This document shows positions 23,361 to 35,600 of a stretch of DNA of 64,000 bases, one piece after another. The DNA is from Mobula hypostoma. Its lineage: Eukaryota. Location of the stretch: assembly GCF_963921235.1 (NCBI RefSeq), contig NC_086097.1:170440001-170504000 (forward strand), written 5' to 3'. Each line of letters starts with the position of its first letter. The first letter of the stretch is position 1. The notes beneath the pieces were generated by a model. The model was not told the origin of the DNA and made no database searches. It saw only the letters and a program-made list of their open reading frames with translations. A program made the translations under genes and the position numbers.

Positions 23361-25211
23361 TTAGATGCTTTACTGCCCTTCATGCTACATTTCAGAATGA
23401 GAATCAGGAATAGGTTTAATATCACTGGCGAATGTTATGAAATTTGTTGCAAAAGTAGTTTTGTTTATTAGTACTTTTAGAGATGTGGGCAGTGTCAGCC
23501 ATAAATAAACCTAGCTTAGGATCATAAAAGCATTCTTTAACAGGCTGTGGAGCCCAACCATTCAGTTCCTGAACAGGACCAGGACCAGGACAATTTGGTG
23601 GTTCTGTAAATCTATAGAATTGGTAAGCTTGGTCGAGCTTCACAGTCACTGACTGCAATGATGTTGGAGAATGGTTGCTGTCGAGGGTGGTAGAGGAGTC
23701 AAATATGATTGAAGAGTATAAGAGGCTCTTAGGCTCATGAATGTGCAGAGAACAGAGGAATATGGACATTGTGCAGACTGGGTAATTTAGTTCAGTACAG
23801 CATCTGAAGGGCTGAAAGGCTTGTTCCTGAGTTGTACTCTTCCCTGTACCCTTTTACTCCATACTATGTACGTGTATCTGTGTATAATACTATACTTGTT
23901 GGGACTGTCTAACTGTGGTGCCAATCACTGGAATAGAAACAAAAATGTAGAAGTGGTGATATAAATGTTTCCTCAGACACATGTGTCAGACATGCAATAT
24001 AACCGGACAACTGATTCCAAAACTTTGGATTGGGGTTGATAGTGATTGTATTACAAGCAAGTAATGGGGAGACTTGAAGGCATGTTTAAAATGGGTCACA
24101 GCAGCTGAAGAATATAAGTTCACTGAACTAAATTAGAAGCTAGTGTCAGGACTATTGACCATAAAATAATTGGATTTTTGTAAAAACCCATCTGGTTCAT
24201 TTTGCGGGAGGAAATTTGCCATGCTAATCTGGACTAGTTGCTATGTGAGTATAGACCTACCAATTTTTAACTGACTCATAAAATTGAAATGAATATAAAC
24301 CAACAATAATTTCTGGCTTTGCTAATGAGATCTACATCCTTTGAGTGAATGATTAAAAGCAAAACATGGCAATTGGCAGGTCAACATCTCAACAACCTGC
24401 CAATACCACAACAGCATGAGTGAAATGCAGTGTTAGCTGCTCAATGGAGAAATGAACATGCTGATTTTCCATGCTTCCTCAATGACACAGCAGGTAATGT
24501 GTGGATCAAGCTGAGAGGCCTCATCAAGGGCGAGCAAGTTTACAAAATGTTTTTTCTTGAAGTGCTTTCCTTGAAGTGCATTTTCCCTGAAAATGCTTTT
24601 CTTGATTCTATCTAAAAGTTTGCAGATGACACAATCATAGTGTGCTGAACCTCATGTATTGATAGGTTGGAGGTTCAGCAAACAATTGACCATGTATTCC
24701 ATAAGAATTTCCTTCGTATTTCTTTCTTCATTCCTGGGATATAGGGTAGGTCCAGTCCCCCATGTTTGCTGCTGTCCCTTCTGTGCCCCTGAAGCATATA
24801 TTATTGGTGAGCAATATCGGAGGACATTTCACTGTCAACACATTAGTATGGACCTGAATCACAATCAGGTTTAATATCTCTGGCATATGTTGTGAAATTA
24901 GTTGTTTTGCAGCAGAAGTACATTTCAATATATAATTTAAAAAAATGTTGAATTACAATGAGAAATATCTTTTAAATTAAATAAGTTGTCCAAAAAGAGG
25001 GGAAAAATATGAAAAAGAATATCGAGGTAGTGTAAATGGGGTTTATTGAATGCAGTACCATATGGACTGGATAAATCTCTCAGACTTAAGAGATCATAAA
25101 AATGTTGGAATCTGGAACAAAAAGCAAACTGCTGGAGGAATTCAGTGGACAGTGTTTTTTCTGTTTCTCCCCAATCCTGCTAGATCCACTCAGTTCCTCC
25201 AATAGTTTGTT

Positions 25212-27460
25212 CATAGAAACATAGAAACATAGAAAATAGGTGCAGGAGTAGGCCATTCGGCCCTTCGAGCCTGCACCGCCATTTATTATGATCATGACTG
25301 ATCATCCAACTCAGAACCCCGCCCCAGCCTTCCCTCCATACCCCCTGACCCCCGTAGCCACAAGGGCCATATCTAACTCCCTCTTAAATATAGCCAATGA
25401 ACTGGCCTCAACAGTTTCCTGTGGCAGAGAATTCCACAGATTCACCACTCTCTGTGTGAAGAAGTTTTTCCTAATCTCGGTCCTAAAAGGCTTCCCCTCT
25501 ATCCTCAAACTGTGACCCCTCGTTCTGGACTTCCCCAACATCGGGAACAGTCTTCCTGCATCTAGCCTGTCCAATCCCTTTAGAATCTTATACGTTTCAA
25601 TCAGATCCCCCCTCAATCTTCTAAATTCCAACGAGTACAAGCCCAGTTCATCCAGTCTTTCTTCATATGAAAGTCCTGCCATCCCAGGAATCAATCTGGT
25701 GAACCTTCTTTGTACTCCCTCGATGGCAAAGATGTCTTTCCTCAGATTAAGGGACCAAAACTGCACACAATACTCCATGTGTGGTCTCAGCAAGGCCTTG
25801 TACAACTGCAGTAGTACCTCCCTGCTCCTGTACTCGAATCCTCTCGCTATAAATGCCAGCATACCATTCGCCTTTTTCACCGCCTGCTGTACCTGCATGC
25901 CCACTTTCAATGACTGGTGTATAATGACACCCAGGTCTCGTGGCACCTCCCCTTTTCCTAATCGGCCACCATTCAGATAATAATCTGTTTTCCTATTTTT
26001 GCCACTAAAGTGGATAACTTCACATTTATCCACATTAAATTGCATCTGCCATGAATTTGCCCACTCACCCAACCTATCCAAGTCACTCTGCATCCTCCTA
26101 GCATCCTCCTCACAGCTAACACTGCCACCCAGCTTCGTGTCATCCGCAAACTTGGAGATGCTGCATTTAATTCCCTCATCCAAGTCATTAATATATATTG
26201 TAAACAACTGGGGTCCCAGCACTGAGCCTTGCGGTACCCCACTAGTCACCGCCTGCCATTCTGAAAAGGTCTCGTTTATTCCCACTCTTTGCTTCCTGTC
26301 TGCTAACCAATTCTCCACCCACACCAATACCTTACCCCCAATACCGTATGCTTTAAATTTGCACACTAATCTCCTGTGTGGGACCTTGTCAAAAGCCTTT
26401 TGAAAATCCAAATATACCACATCCACTGGTTCTCCCCTATCCACTCTACTAGTTACATCCTCAAAAAATTCTATGAGATTCGTCAGACATGATTTTCCTT
26501 TCACAAATCCATGCTGACTTTGTCCAATCATTTCACCGCTTTCCAAATGTGCTGTTATCACATCCTTGATAACTGACTCCAGCAGTTTCCCCACCACCGA
26601 CATTAGGCTAACCGGTCTATAATTCCCCGGTTTCTCTCTCCCTCCTTTTTTTAAAAAGTGGGGTTACATTAGCCACCCTCCAATCTTCAGGAACTAGTCC
26701 AGAATCTAATGAGTTTTGAAAAATTATCACTAATGCATCCACTATTTCTTGGGCTACTTCCTTAAGCACTCTAGGATGCAGACCATCTGGCCCTGGGGAT
26801 TTATCTGCCTTTAATCCCTTCAATTTACCTAACACCACTTCCCTACTAACATGTATTTCGCTCAGTTCCTCCATCTCACTGGACCCTCTGTCCCTTACTA
26901 TTTCTGGAAGATTATTTATGTCCTCCTTAGTGAAGACAGAACCAAAGTAATTATTCAATTGGTCTGCCATGTCCTTGCTCCCCATAATCAATTCATCTGT
27001 TTCTGTCTGCAGGGGACCTACATTTGTCTTTACCAGTCTTTTCCTTTTTACATATCTATAAAAGCTTTTACAGTCCGTTTTTATGTTCCCTGCCAGTTTT
27101 CTCTCATAATCTTTTTTCCCCTTCCTTAAGCCCTTTGTCCTCCTCTGCTGAACTCTGAATTTCTCCCAGTCCTCAGGTGAGCCACTTTCTCTGGCTAATT
27201 TGTATGCTTCTTCTTTGGAATTGATACTATCCCTAATTTCTCTTGTCAGCCACGGGTGCACTACCTTCCTTGATTTATTCTTTTGCCAAACTGGGATGAA
27301 CAATTGTTGTAGTTCATCCATGCAACCTTTAAATGCTTGCCATTGCATATCCACCGTCAATCCTTTAAGTGTCATTTGCCAGTCTATCTTAACTAATTCA
27401 CGTCTCATACCTTCAAAGTTACCCCTCTTTAAGTTCAGAACCTTTGTTTCTGAACTAATC
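25212..27460 (-). mobile_element. Young 5'-truncated CR1 LINE
   Basis: Two long ORFs (26617-27471, 25311-26603) joined by a frameshift in a homopolymer run near 26645; (TTTCTATG)n 3' tail. Confidence 0.95.
25311..26603 (-). pseudogene. CR1 ORF2 reverse transcriptase domain
   Basis: YLDFQKAFDKVPH, SGVPQGSVLGP, FADDTK and RGHSL...FFTQRVVNLWNSLP all intact; APE domain absent. Confidence 0.92.
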
Positions 27461-28009
27461 TGACTATTCATCCAATGATATGCCTATGACAACTGGGCAA
27501 ATATCTGGACTGGCAAGAGAGCCATATGGTGTCCTATTGGGCATGAGATGGGCCACCCTTCTCTGGTCACCCTCATGTGAATCAGAATCACAAGTAGATT
27601 TATTATCACTGACCTATAATTTGAAATTTGTTGTTTTGCATCTGTGGTAAGATACAACATTTACTAGAAGTTACAAAAATAAACAAATAATGCAAATGAA
27701 GAACAATAAGGTGGTGCTCACGCGTTCATGGACTGTTCAGAAACCTGATGGTAGAGTGGAAGAAGCTGCTCTTAGCACACGACCGAGGCCATTACAAATG
27801 GACAATAAATGATCACATTGCCACTGACATCAACATCTTGTGAAGAAATACATAATATAGCCTTCCTATTTGTCCTGTTATCCTCTCCCATTTTGTAAAA
27901 CTTGTCCCAATTCTGATACAAGATCACTGACCTGAAATATTGACACAGACTCTCTATCCACAGGTGCTGTTTGACCTGACAAATACTTTTAGCAATTTTG
28001 ATGCAAATA

Positions 28010-28745
28010 GAACAGTGCAGCACAGGAGCAGTCCCTTCAGTTTGTGATGGGCTGAACTAATTAAGCTAGTAATTAAATGCCAAACTAAATTAATCCCTTT
28101 TGCCTACACAATGTCCATATCCCTCTTTGGTCGGCACACTGATGAGCCTATCAAGAGATTTTTGAACAACTCTTTCACATTTGCCTCCAACACCACCCAA
28201 GGCAGTGTATTTCAGGCATGCACTACTCTGTGCAAAAAAAACAACTTGCCTCACACATCTTTAAACTTATTCCCTGTCACATACCCTCCAGCATCAGATA
28301 TTTTGACTCTGGGGAAAAAGAAACTATTTATCTATGCCTCTCATTATCTAACAGGTTTCCCCTCAGCCTACACTGTGCTAAAGAAAATAACTCATGTCTG
28401 TTTAATCTCTCCTTATGGCACGTACTCTCTAATCCAGGCAGCATCCTGGTAAGCCTCTTATGCACCCTCTCCAAAGCCTTCACATTCTTCCTTTAGTGGG
28501 GCAACCAGAACTGAATGTAATACTCCAGATGGAGCCTAACCTGAGTTATATAAAGCTGCAACATAACTTCCTGACTCTTGAATTCATTACTGTGACTAAT
28601 ACAGGCTAGCATCCCATCAGCCTTTTTTAACCAGTCTATCAATCAGTGCAGCCCTAATTCCAAGGAGCTATAGACATGGACCCCAAGGTCCCACTATGCA
28701 TCAACACTGTTAAAGGTCCTGCACTAACAGTGCAATGTTTTTTAC
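28010..28745 (-). mobile_element. Old CR1 3' fragment
   Basis: Homologous to 25220-25950 (CTGGTAAGCCTCTTATGCACCCTCTCCAAAGC...CCAGAACTGAATGTAATACTCC). Confidence 0.7.
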
Positions 28746-29069
28746 ATTCTGTTTCTACTTGTGATGTTTGTCCTCTTGTCAACACTTCTGTAAATTAAAG
28801 ATGTGTATCAGTTGATTTTTCTACAAGAAGGATTGCAGCCTGTTCATTTTTTTTATACAGAATTATATCCTGTTATCAACTTGTAAATCTTCTATCTTTT
28901 CTTGTGTCCATGTATCAAAAGTTGCTATCTATCCTCCAAGCATTGACTGACCAAAGCTCTATCCACACTTAGCACAAATAAATATAAAGTCTTCATTCAG
29001 TGGGTAATTTCTAATATTAGTAAATTGGTTTACAATTGTCCCAGGTACTGATGTACAATGAATATAGTG

Positions 29070-30810
29070 CAGCACACGCAAAATGCTGGAAGAACTCAGC
29101 AGGACAGGTAGCAGCTATGGAAATAAATGAGCAGTCAATATTTCGGGCTGAGACCCTTCAAGATTGGAAAGGAAGGGGGAGGAAGACGTTGGTTGGAGGA
29201 CTGCTTTGTTGCACACCTCATATTCTGTCTGGATAACCTTCAACCTGATATCATGAACATTGATTTCTCTAACCTGGTAATTATCCCCCTTCCATCTTCC
29301 CTCCTCTTCTATTCCCCACTCTGGATGCCCTCTTACCTCTTCTCTTCTCCTCACTTGCCTATCACCTCCCCCTGGTACCCCCTCCTCTTTCCCTTTCTCC
29401 CATAGTTGACTCTCCTCTCCTATCAGGTTCCTCCTTTTCCAGACCTTTAACCTTTCTAGCTATCAACACCCAGTTTCTTACTTCGTTTCCCCCCTCCCCC
29501 ACGCATCTGGCTTCACCCTGTCACCTTCCAGCATGTCCTCCTTCCCCTCCCCCACCCTCTTATTCTGGTTTCTCCTCCTGTCATTCTAGTCCTGATGACA
29601 GGTCTCGGCCTGAAATGACAACTGTTTATTGATTTCCATTGTTGCTGCCTGGCCTGATTTTCATTCCAGAATTAATGAGATGTCCTCCTTCTTCAAAGAA
29701 AGGGGCTTTCCTTCCTCCCTCATTAACGTTGCCCTCAGCCACATCTCTTCCATTTCACACATGTCTGCTCTCACCCCATCCACCCGCCACCCCACCAGAG
29801 ATAGGGTTCCTCTTATCCTCATCTCCATCCTATCAACCTCCACGGCCAGCACCTAATTCTCTGTAACTTCTGCCATCTCAAATAGAATCCCGCCACCAGG
29901 CACATCTTTCCCTCCCAGTCTCCACTTTCCACAGGGATTGCTCCTTATGCGGCTCCCTTGTCCATTTGTCCCTCTCCACCAGTCTCCCTCCTGGCACTAT
30001 CCTTGCATACCAGTGGCACACCTATCCCTACATCTTGTCTCTCACTACATTCAGGGCTCCAAACAGTCCTTCCAGGTGAGGCGATACTTCACCAGTGACT
30101 CTGTTGGGGTCATATACTGTGTCCGGTGCTCCTGGTGTGACCTCTGGTGAAACCCAACATAGATTGGGAGACTGCTTCACCAAGTGCCTACGCTCCATCT
30201 GCCAGAAAAAGCGAGACCTCCCTATGGCCACCCATTTTAATCCTACTTCCCATTCCCTTTCTGTCATGTTATTCCATGACCTCCTTTACTGCCATGATGA
30301 GGCTACACTCAGGTTGGAAGAACACCTGGGTAGCCTCCAACTCCAACCTGATGGCCTGAATATCGATTTCTCAAACTTTTGGTAAAGCCCCCCCCCACTT
30401 CTCCTTCTCCATTCCCCATTCCCATTTCCCTCTCTTTCCTTATCTCCTTACCTACCCATCATGATCCTCTGGTGCTTCTTCCCCTCTCTTTCTTCCATGG
30501 CTGCCTCTGCTCTCCTTTCAAATTCCCCCTTTTCCCAGCCCTTTATCTCTTTCATCAATCGACCTCCCAGCTCTTTACTTTACCCCTATCCTTCTCCTGG
30601 TTCCACCTATCACCTACTACCTTGTACCTCGTCCTCTACTCCATCCACTTTCTTACTCTGACTTTTAATTTCCTTTCTCCAGATGAAGGGGCTTAGCCCG
30701 AAACATTGACTGTTTAATTTTTTCCATAGATGCTGCCTGGCCTGCTGAGTTCCTCCAGCATTTTGTGTATGTTACTTAGATTTCCAACATCTGCAGATTC
30801 TCTCTGGTTT
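29070..30810 (+). mobile_element. Penelope-like element (probably Neptune-type): inverted pLTR, partial pLTR, RT-thumb/GIY-YIG region, pLTR
   Basis: MSSFFKERGFP; GVIYCVRCSWC...GETQHRLGD...PMATHFN...GSLQ.PDGLNIDFSNF; pLTR repeated at ~29200-29655 and ~30300-30810; inverted end at 29072-29190. Confidence 0.87.
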
Positions 30811-32084
30811 GAGCCTGTGGTGTGTGTTTTTGAGCTTTTGCAACATGGGAGTGAGAAGAGAGAATATCTGGGATAGAATATACCCTGATTATGTTGATTG
30901 CTTTACCAAGTCAGGAAGAAATGTGGACAGAACCCATTGAGGGTAGACTAGTGTATCTAGAGGCTACTGAAGTTAATCTCACTATAGGTTAAAGACTAGA
31001 AGCCCTTGTGAGGTTAGTATGAGATATTAACAGTTGATGGCACAAATCTAATTAATAAGAAAGGTGTATGAGATTATTTTGGTGATTTCTGGAAATATGC
31101 ATAACTAAATGCAACTTCTAAAATGCTGGAGGAACATAATTGGTCAGGTAGCATCTGCAGAGGGAAAAGGACAACCAATATTTTGTCCAGATGAGGGGCC
31201 TCAACCTGGAAAATTGACTGTCCATTTTCCTCCAGAGATGCTGCTGAATTCCTCTAGTACCTTTGTTGTTCCATGTTCCAGCATCTGCAGTCTTCACATA
31301 CAATTCAAATAAGAGAAACAGAAATTGTGGAGCAGCAAATAAAATGAGCACCTCACAGAAAAGAATATAAAAATGGAGAAATTAATCAAAAGCGGAAAAT
31401 TAAACTGATCAATAAAGGTAGAGAAACAAGAATAGGTAAAAGACTGATGGATTTGATGGGAAGCTGGATTCATGCAAAGGAAGAAGGAAAAGCAAGACAG
31501 AAGGCCCCTGTCTGATTACGCCTGGAATCTATTAGCTCTCTACTTAAGGACAGAAATGCTTGTGATGGGGAAAGTGTAATGAAGATTCACCAGAATAATT
31601 AGCAAGATGGATGTATTGTCATCTGAAGAGAGATTAAGCAGAGTGAGGCTATCTTTTCTCAACAGTATAAAAGACTAAAAGGTTATCATGTTAAAACCTG
31701 CAAGGTTGTTATGGGGCTTGACATGATGGTTGCAGGAATGATGGTTTCCCTGCCTGTAGTGTCCATGCCAGGGGATTTTAGTCTCAACATGGAATTAATA
31801 ATCCAGGACAAAGATGAGAAGAAGAATTTTCACCCAGAGGGGTGAATCTTACAATTTTTTTCCCCAGGAAGTATTAGTAGGCTTAGACTCTGGGTGTGCT
31901 TATGGTAGAGATCAAAATATATTTAGGTATTAATCAGGGTTATGCACAAAAGTGACACTGAAGTAAAAGATCAGCCATGATCTTATTGAATGATGAAGGC
32001 GGCAAGAGGGTTTGGATGTCCTACTCACGTTTAGGCCAAAATCAAAGTCAACTTTATTGTCATATGCATAAGTACATGTATCTT

Positions 32085-32357
32085 ATTTATTTATTGGCAT
32101 ACAGTGTGGAGTAGGCCTTTTTGGCTCTTTGAGCCATGCAATTTAATCCTAGCCTAATCATGGGACAATTTACAATGCCCAATTACCCTACCAACCGACC
32201 TATCTTTGGACTGTGGGAGGAAACTGGAGGATCCAGAGGAAACCCATGTGGTCATGGGGAGAATGTACAAACTCCTTACAGATGGCAGTGGGAATTGAAG
32301 CCGGGTTGCTGGTACTGTAAAGCATTGTGCTAGCCACTACCATACCGTGCCACCACC
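32085..32357 (-). mobile_element. V-SINE
   Basis: Plus-strand TCTTTGGACTGTGGGAGGAAACTGGAG...GAGGAAACCCATG (V domain); tRNA head ending at GCTAGCCACTACCATACCGTGCC. Confidence 0.75.
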
Positions 32358-33094
32358 ATTTAGGGATGCGATGAAAAGCTTACCTGTAGTAGCATCACAA
32401 GTACAGAAGTATATAAGCAACATTCACAGAGAAAATATAAATTAAACATTAATTAAAAACAATTTTTGTAAGAATGCAATAAGAGCAAACATAATCCATT
32501 TTAGAGCAAGTGATCAAGGTGGTCATAATGTTGTTATGCTGCGATAGTGTTTAGGGTTATCCCAGCTGGTTCAAGAAGCGAATAGTTGAAGGGAAGCTAC
32601 TGTTCTTGAACCTGGTGGTGTGGATTTCAGACTTCTATACCTCTCGCCTGAGGGAAGCTGTGAGAAGATGGCATAGCCTGGATGGAGAGAAGCTTTGATG
32701 ATGGATGTTGCCTTCTCAAGGCAGCATATCATGTAAATACAACCCATTGCACGTGGGGATGTGCCCGTGTTAGGCTGTGTTCTCTACGTTCTGCAGCTTC
32801 TTAGGTGCTATTCGTGCTGGTAACAAGGGATAAAAGTATGAAGAAAGAGACTGGTGTGAAGCTGAAGTGACAGATGAATAAGTTGGACCAAATGACTTTT
32901 TCTGATCTGCAAATCTTCAGGTAAATTAATACATGCAGCTAGGTTGGTAGATTAACTTAAAATGTTCCCAAGTGTGTAAGTGAGCACTAGAATGAATAGA
33001 AGGTGAAGAATGAAATATCCTTGAGTAAGTATGGGTGCCTGATGGTTGGCACAAGCTTCTGTGCTGTGTCTCTCTATAGTCTGTAACTCTAAGG

Positions 33095-33875
33095 TGATTC
33101 ATGATTGAAGATCCATTTAATATCCAAGAATGTCTAAATTATACAACCTTGAGACTTGTTTGCTCACAGGTAACCACAAAACAAGAAACCTGAAAGAACC
33201 CAATTAAAGAAAAAAAATTTTAAAAATAAAAATCATGCAAACATTTGAAATGAACCAGCATTGAGCCCACAGATCCGAACCCTGGAGCAGCCCGGAGTAG
33301 GTCCAAGTCCTCGCTTATCAGTTCATCATGTTAGTGGGCACATTGCACAGCAGCCAGGGCAGTCCTCTTAGCCTCAGCATCATGGAGATGGCCATTGAGG
33401 AGAATGAGCCAAATCGGCTCTCGCCTCCGATTCTGTCTGTTTGGTCTACCTGGGCCACATCATTTAAATTGACCCAGTAATGGAACCATGGAAGGCTCCG
33501 GCGCCCTGGAGGAGTGAACATCATAGAGAGTGAGCAAAATCGGCCCTCGCCTCCGATCTTAGTCAGTGTTTAAGTTGTCTAAACAGCATATCATACCTTG
33601 CACTGGGACCCAGGCACTTGTGCTACGAAAGGCTCCAGGCCTAGACCACACCACCCAAAGACTGGTTCTGGAACCAGAATTCACCACTCAGCCCGAAATC
33701 GCTCTCAAGCTCTTCAAATCAGCTTGGCACCCAGAGCGATCCAACCTTACACCCACACCTGCTGTACGGGCATGGAAATCGAATGTCCTCTGTCCCAGCC
33801 CCGACTTAAATTGGCGCCGAGAGTGATCCAGCCTTGCACCCAGGCCTGTTGTATGGGCATTGAAATTGAAAAGCA
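33095..33875 (-). mobile_element. Non-coding element with Rex1-type 3' end and internal direct repeats
   Basis: 3' end similar to 42575-42630 and 10690-10760; AAATCGGC(T/C)CTCGCCTCCGAT occurs twice; ~70-bp repeat at 33713-33783 and 33806-33870. Confidence 0.45.
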
Positions 33876-34429
33876 GCCAGCATAACCAAAGACTCCACCC
33901 ACCCCAGACATTGTCTCTTCTCCCCTCTCCCATCAGACAGAAGATACAAAAGTCTGAAAGCATGTATCACCAGGCTCAAGGACAGCTTTATCCCACTGTT
34001 ATCAGACTCGTGAGCAGACCTCTTGTATGATACGATGGACTCGTCCTCACATTCTACCTCATCATGATCTTGCCCAGCACAGATTACCTCCAACGCACTT
34101 CTTCGATAGCTTTTACACTTCATTCTGTATTGTTATTGTTTTAAATTGTTCTACCCAATGCACTGTGTAATGATTTATTCTGTATGAACAGATGCAAGAC
34201 AAGCTTTAAGCTGTATTTTGGTACATGTGTAATAACCCAGAGCAAAGCAAAGCTTTCATCTTCGGTTGGCAGCGTTGAAACTGGCTTCCAGTCAAACTCA
34301 TCTGCTCACACTTGGGCTCAACGCCTTCAGTGAAAGAGAGGCCAGTGTTTAACACTGCGGGGTGCCTGAGCCAAATGCTCCTTCCCAAGTCTATTGTGTG
34401 GCACTGGTTCAACTGAGGTCACAGGAAGA

Positions 34430-34767
34430 GCTATCTATCTATCTACCTATCTATCTATCTATATATCTATTTATTTATTTAGAGGTACAGGGTGGAACAG
34501 GCCCTTCCGGCCCTTCGAGACATGCGGCCCAGCGACCCACCGATTTAACCCTAGCCTACTCATGGGACAACCTACGAAGACCAATTAACTTACTGACTGG
34601 TACCTCTTTGGACTGTGGGAGGAAACTGGAGCGCCCAGAGGAAACCTACACGCAGAGAGGAGGGAATGTATAAACCCGCTTACAGAGGATGTCGAAACTG
34701 AACTCTGAACTCCAATGCCTTGAGCTGTAATAGTGTCGTGCTAACCACCATGCCACAGTGGTGCCCC
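34430..34767 (-). mobile_element. V-SINE with (TAGA)n/(TAAA)n tail
   Basis: V domain CTCTTTGGACTGTGGGAGGAAACTGGAGCGCCCAGAGGAAACC; tRNA head; microsatellite at 34430-34480. Confidence 0.78.
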
Positions 34768-34779
34768 TGTGCAGAGTGC

Positions 34780-35600
34780 AGAGAGGATATTGTCCGGATT
34801 GAAGGTCTTCAGTTATGGGGAGCGACTGGACAGGCTGGCCAGGAGTGGAACCGGACAACGTTATATAAAACTACGTGAAAAATAAATTGGGTAGAGTGCA
34901 AGAATATTTTTTCCGGTGGCAAGGTGTCCAAAGCATGATGGTATACATTTTCAATGAGAGAAAGGAGGTTTAGAAGGGCTCAGAGGGGTAAAGAGAGTGA
35001 GTATGATTTGGAATATGCTGTCTGAAGGGAAGCAGAGGCAGTGAAAAGATATATAGATTTTGGAGGCAGTGCAGAGGAAGTTCACCAGTTTGATTCTGGA
35101 CATGTGGGAGTTAGTCAATCGGGAGAGATTAAGTCCCTTGGAACTGTACTTACTGGAAATTAGAAGAATGAGGATCTTGTGGAAGCATAATAAATTACAA
35201 CAGGTAAAGGAAGACAAAAGAAGAAAAGTTGTTTCCACCGGTGGATGAGACTACAACTAGGGGACATAACCTTAATTTTTGGGGGAGTAAACTTAGGGTG
35301 GGGATGAGGACAATCTGCCTTTCCCAGAGAATAGTGAACCTGTGGAATCCTTTGCCCTAGGAAGTAGGTAGAGGATACCTTATTAAATATATTTTATACA
35401 GTCTAGAGTAATAAGGTAGCTCATTTTTTATATATATGTACAATTCAATGGATTTTTGCACAATAGACTAATTAAGGGCTATGGGTAAAAGGCAGGTGGA
35501 TAAAGCTGGGTCCACAGATAGATCAGCCATAAGCTTATTGAGTAGTCAGCAGGCTCAATGGGTGGATGACCTGCTCCCGCTCCTATTTTTATGTTATTAT
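34780..35600 (+). mobile_element. CR1 3' fragments (old)
   Basis: EAVQRKFTSLI...ERLSPLELYLLE; GATCAGCCAT...CCTGCTCCCGCTCCTATTTTTATG 3' end. Confidence 0.7.

Noticed and set aside
25699..27463. Plus-strand ORFs overlapping the CR1 (and similar antisense ORFs elsewhere)
   Set aside because: Shadow ORFs antisense to retroelement coding sequence
25311..27471. Functional autonomous reverse transcriptase gene
   Set aside because: 5'-truncated with no APE, ORF1 or promoter, and frameshifted near 26645 (the homopolymer frameshift could be a sequencing error, but the truncation stands)
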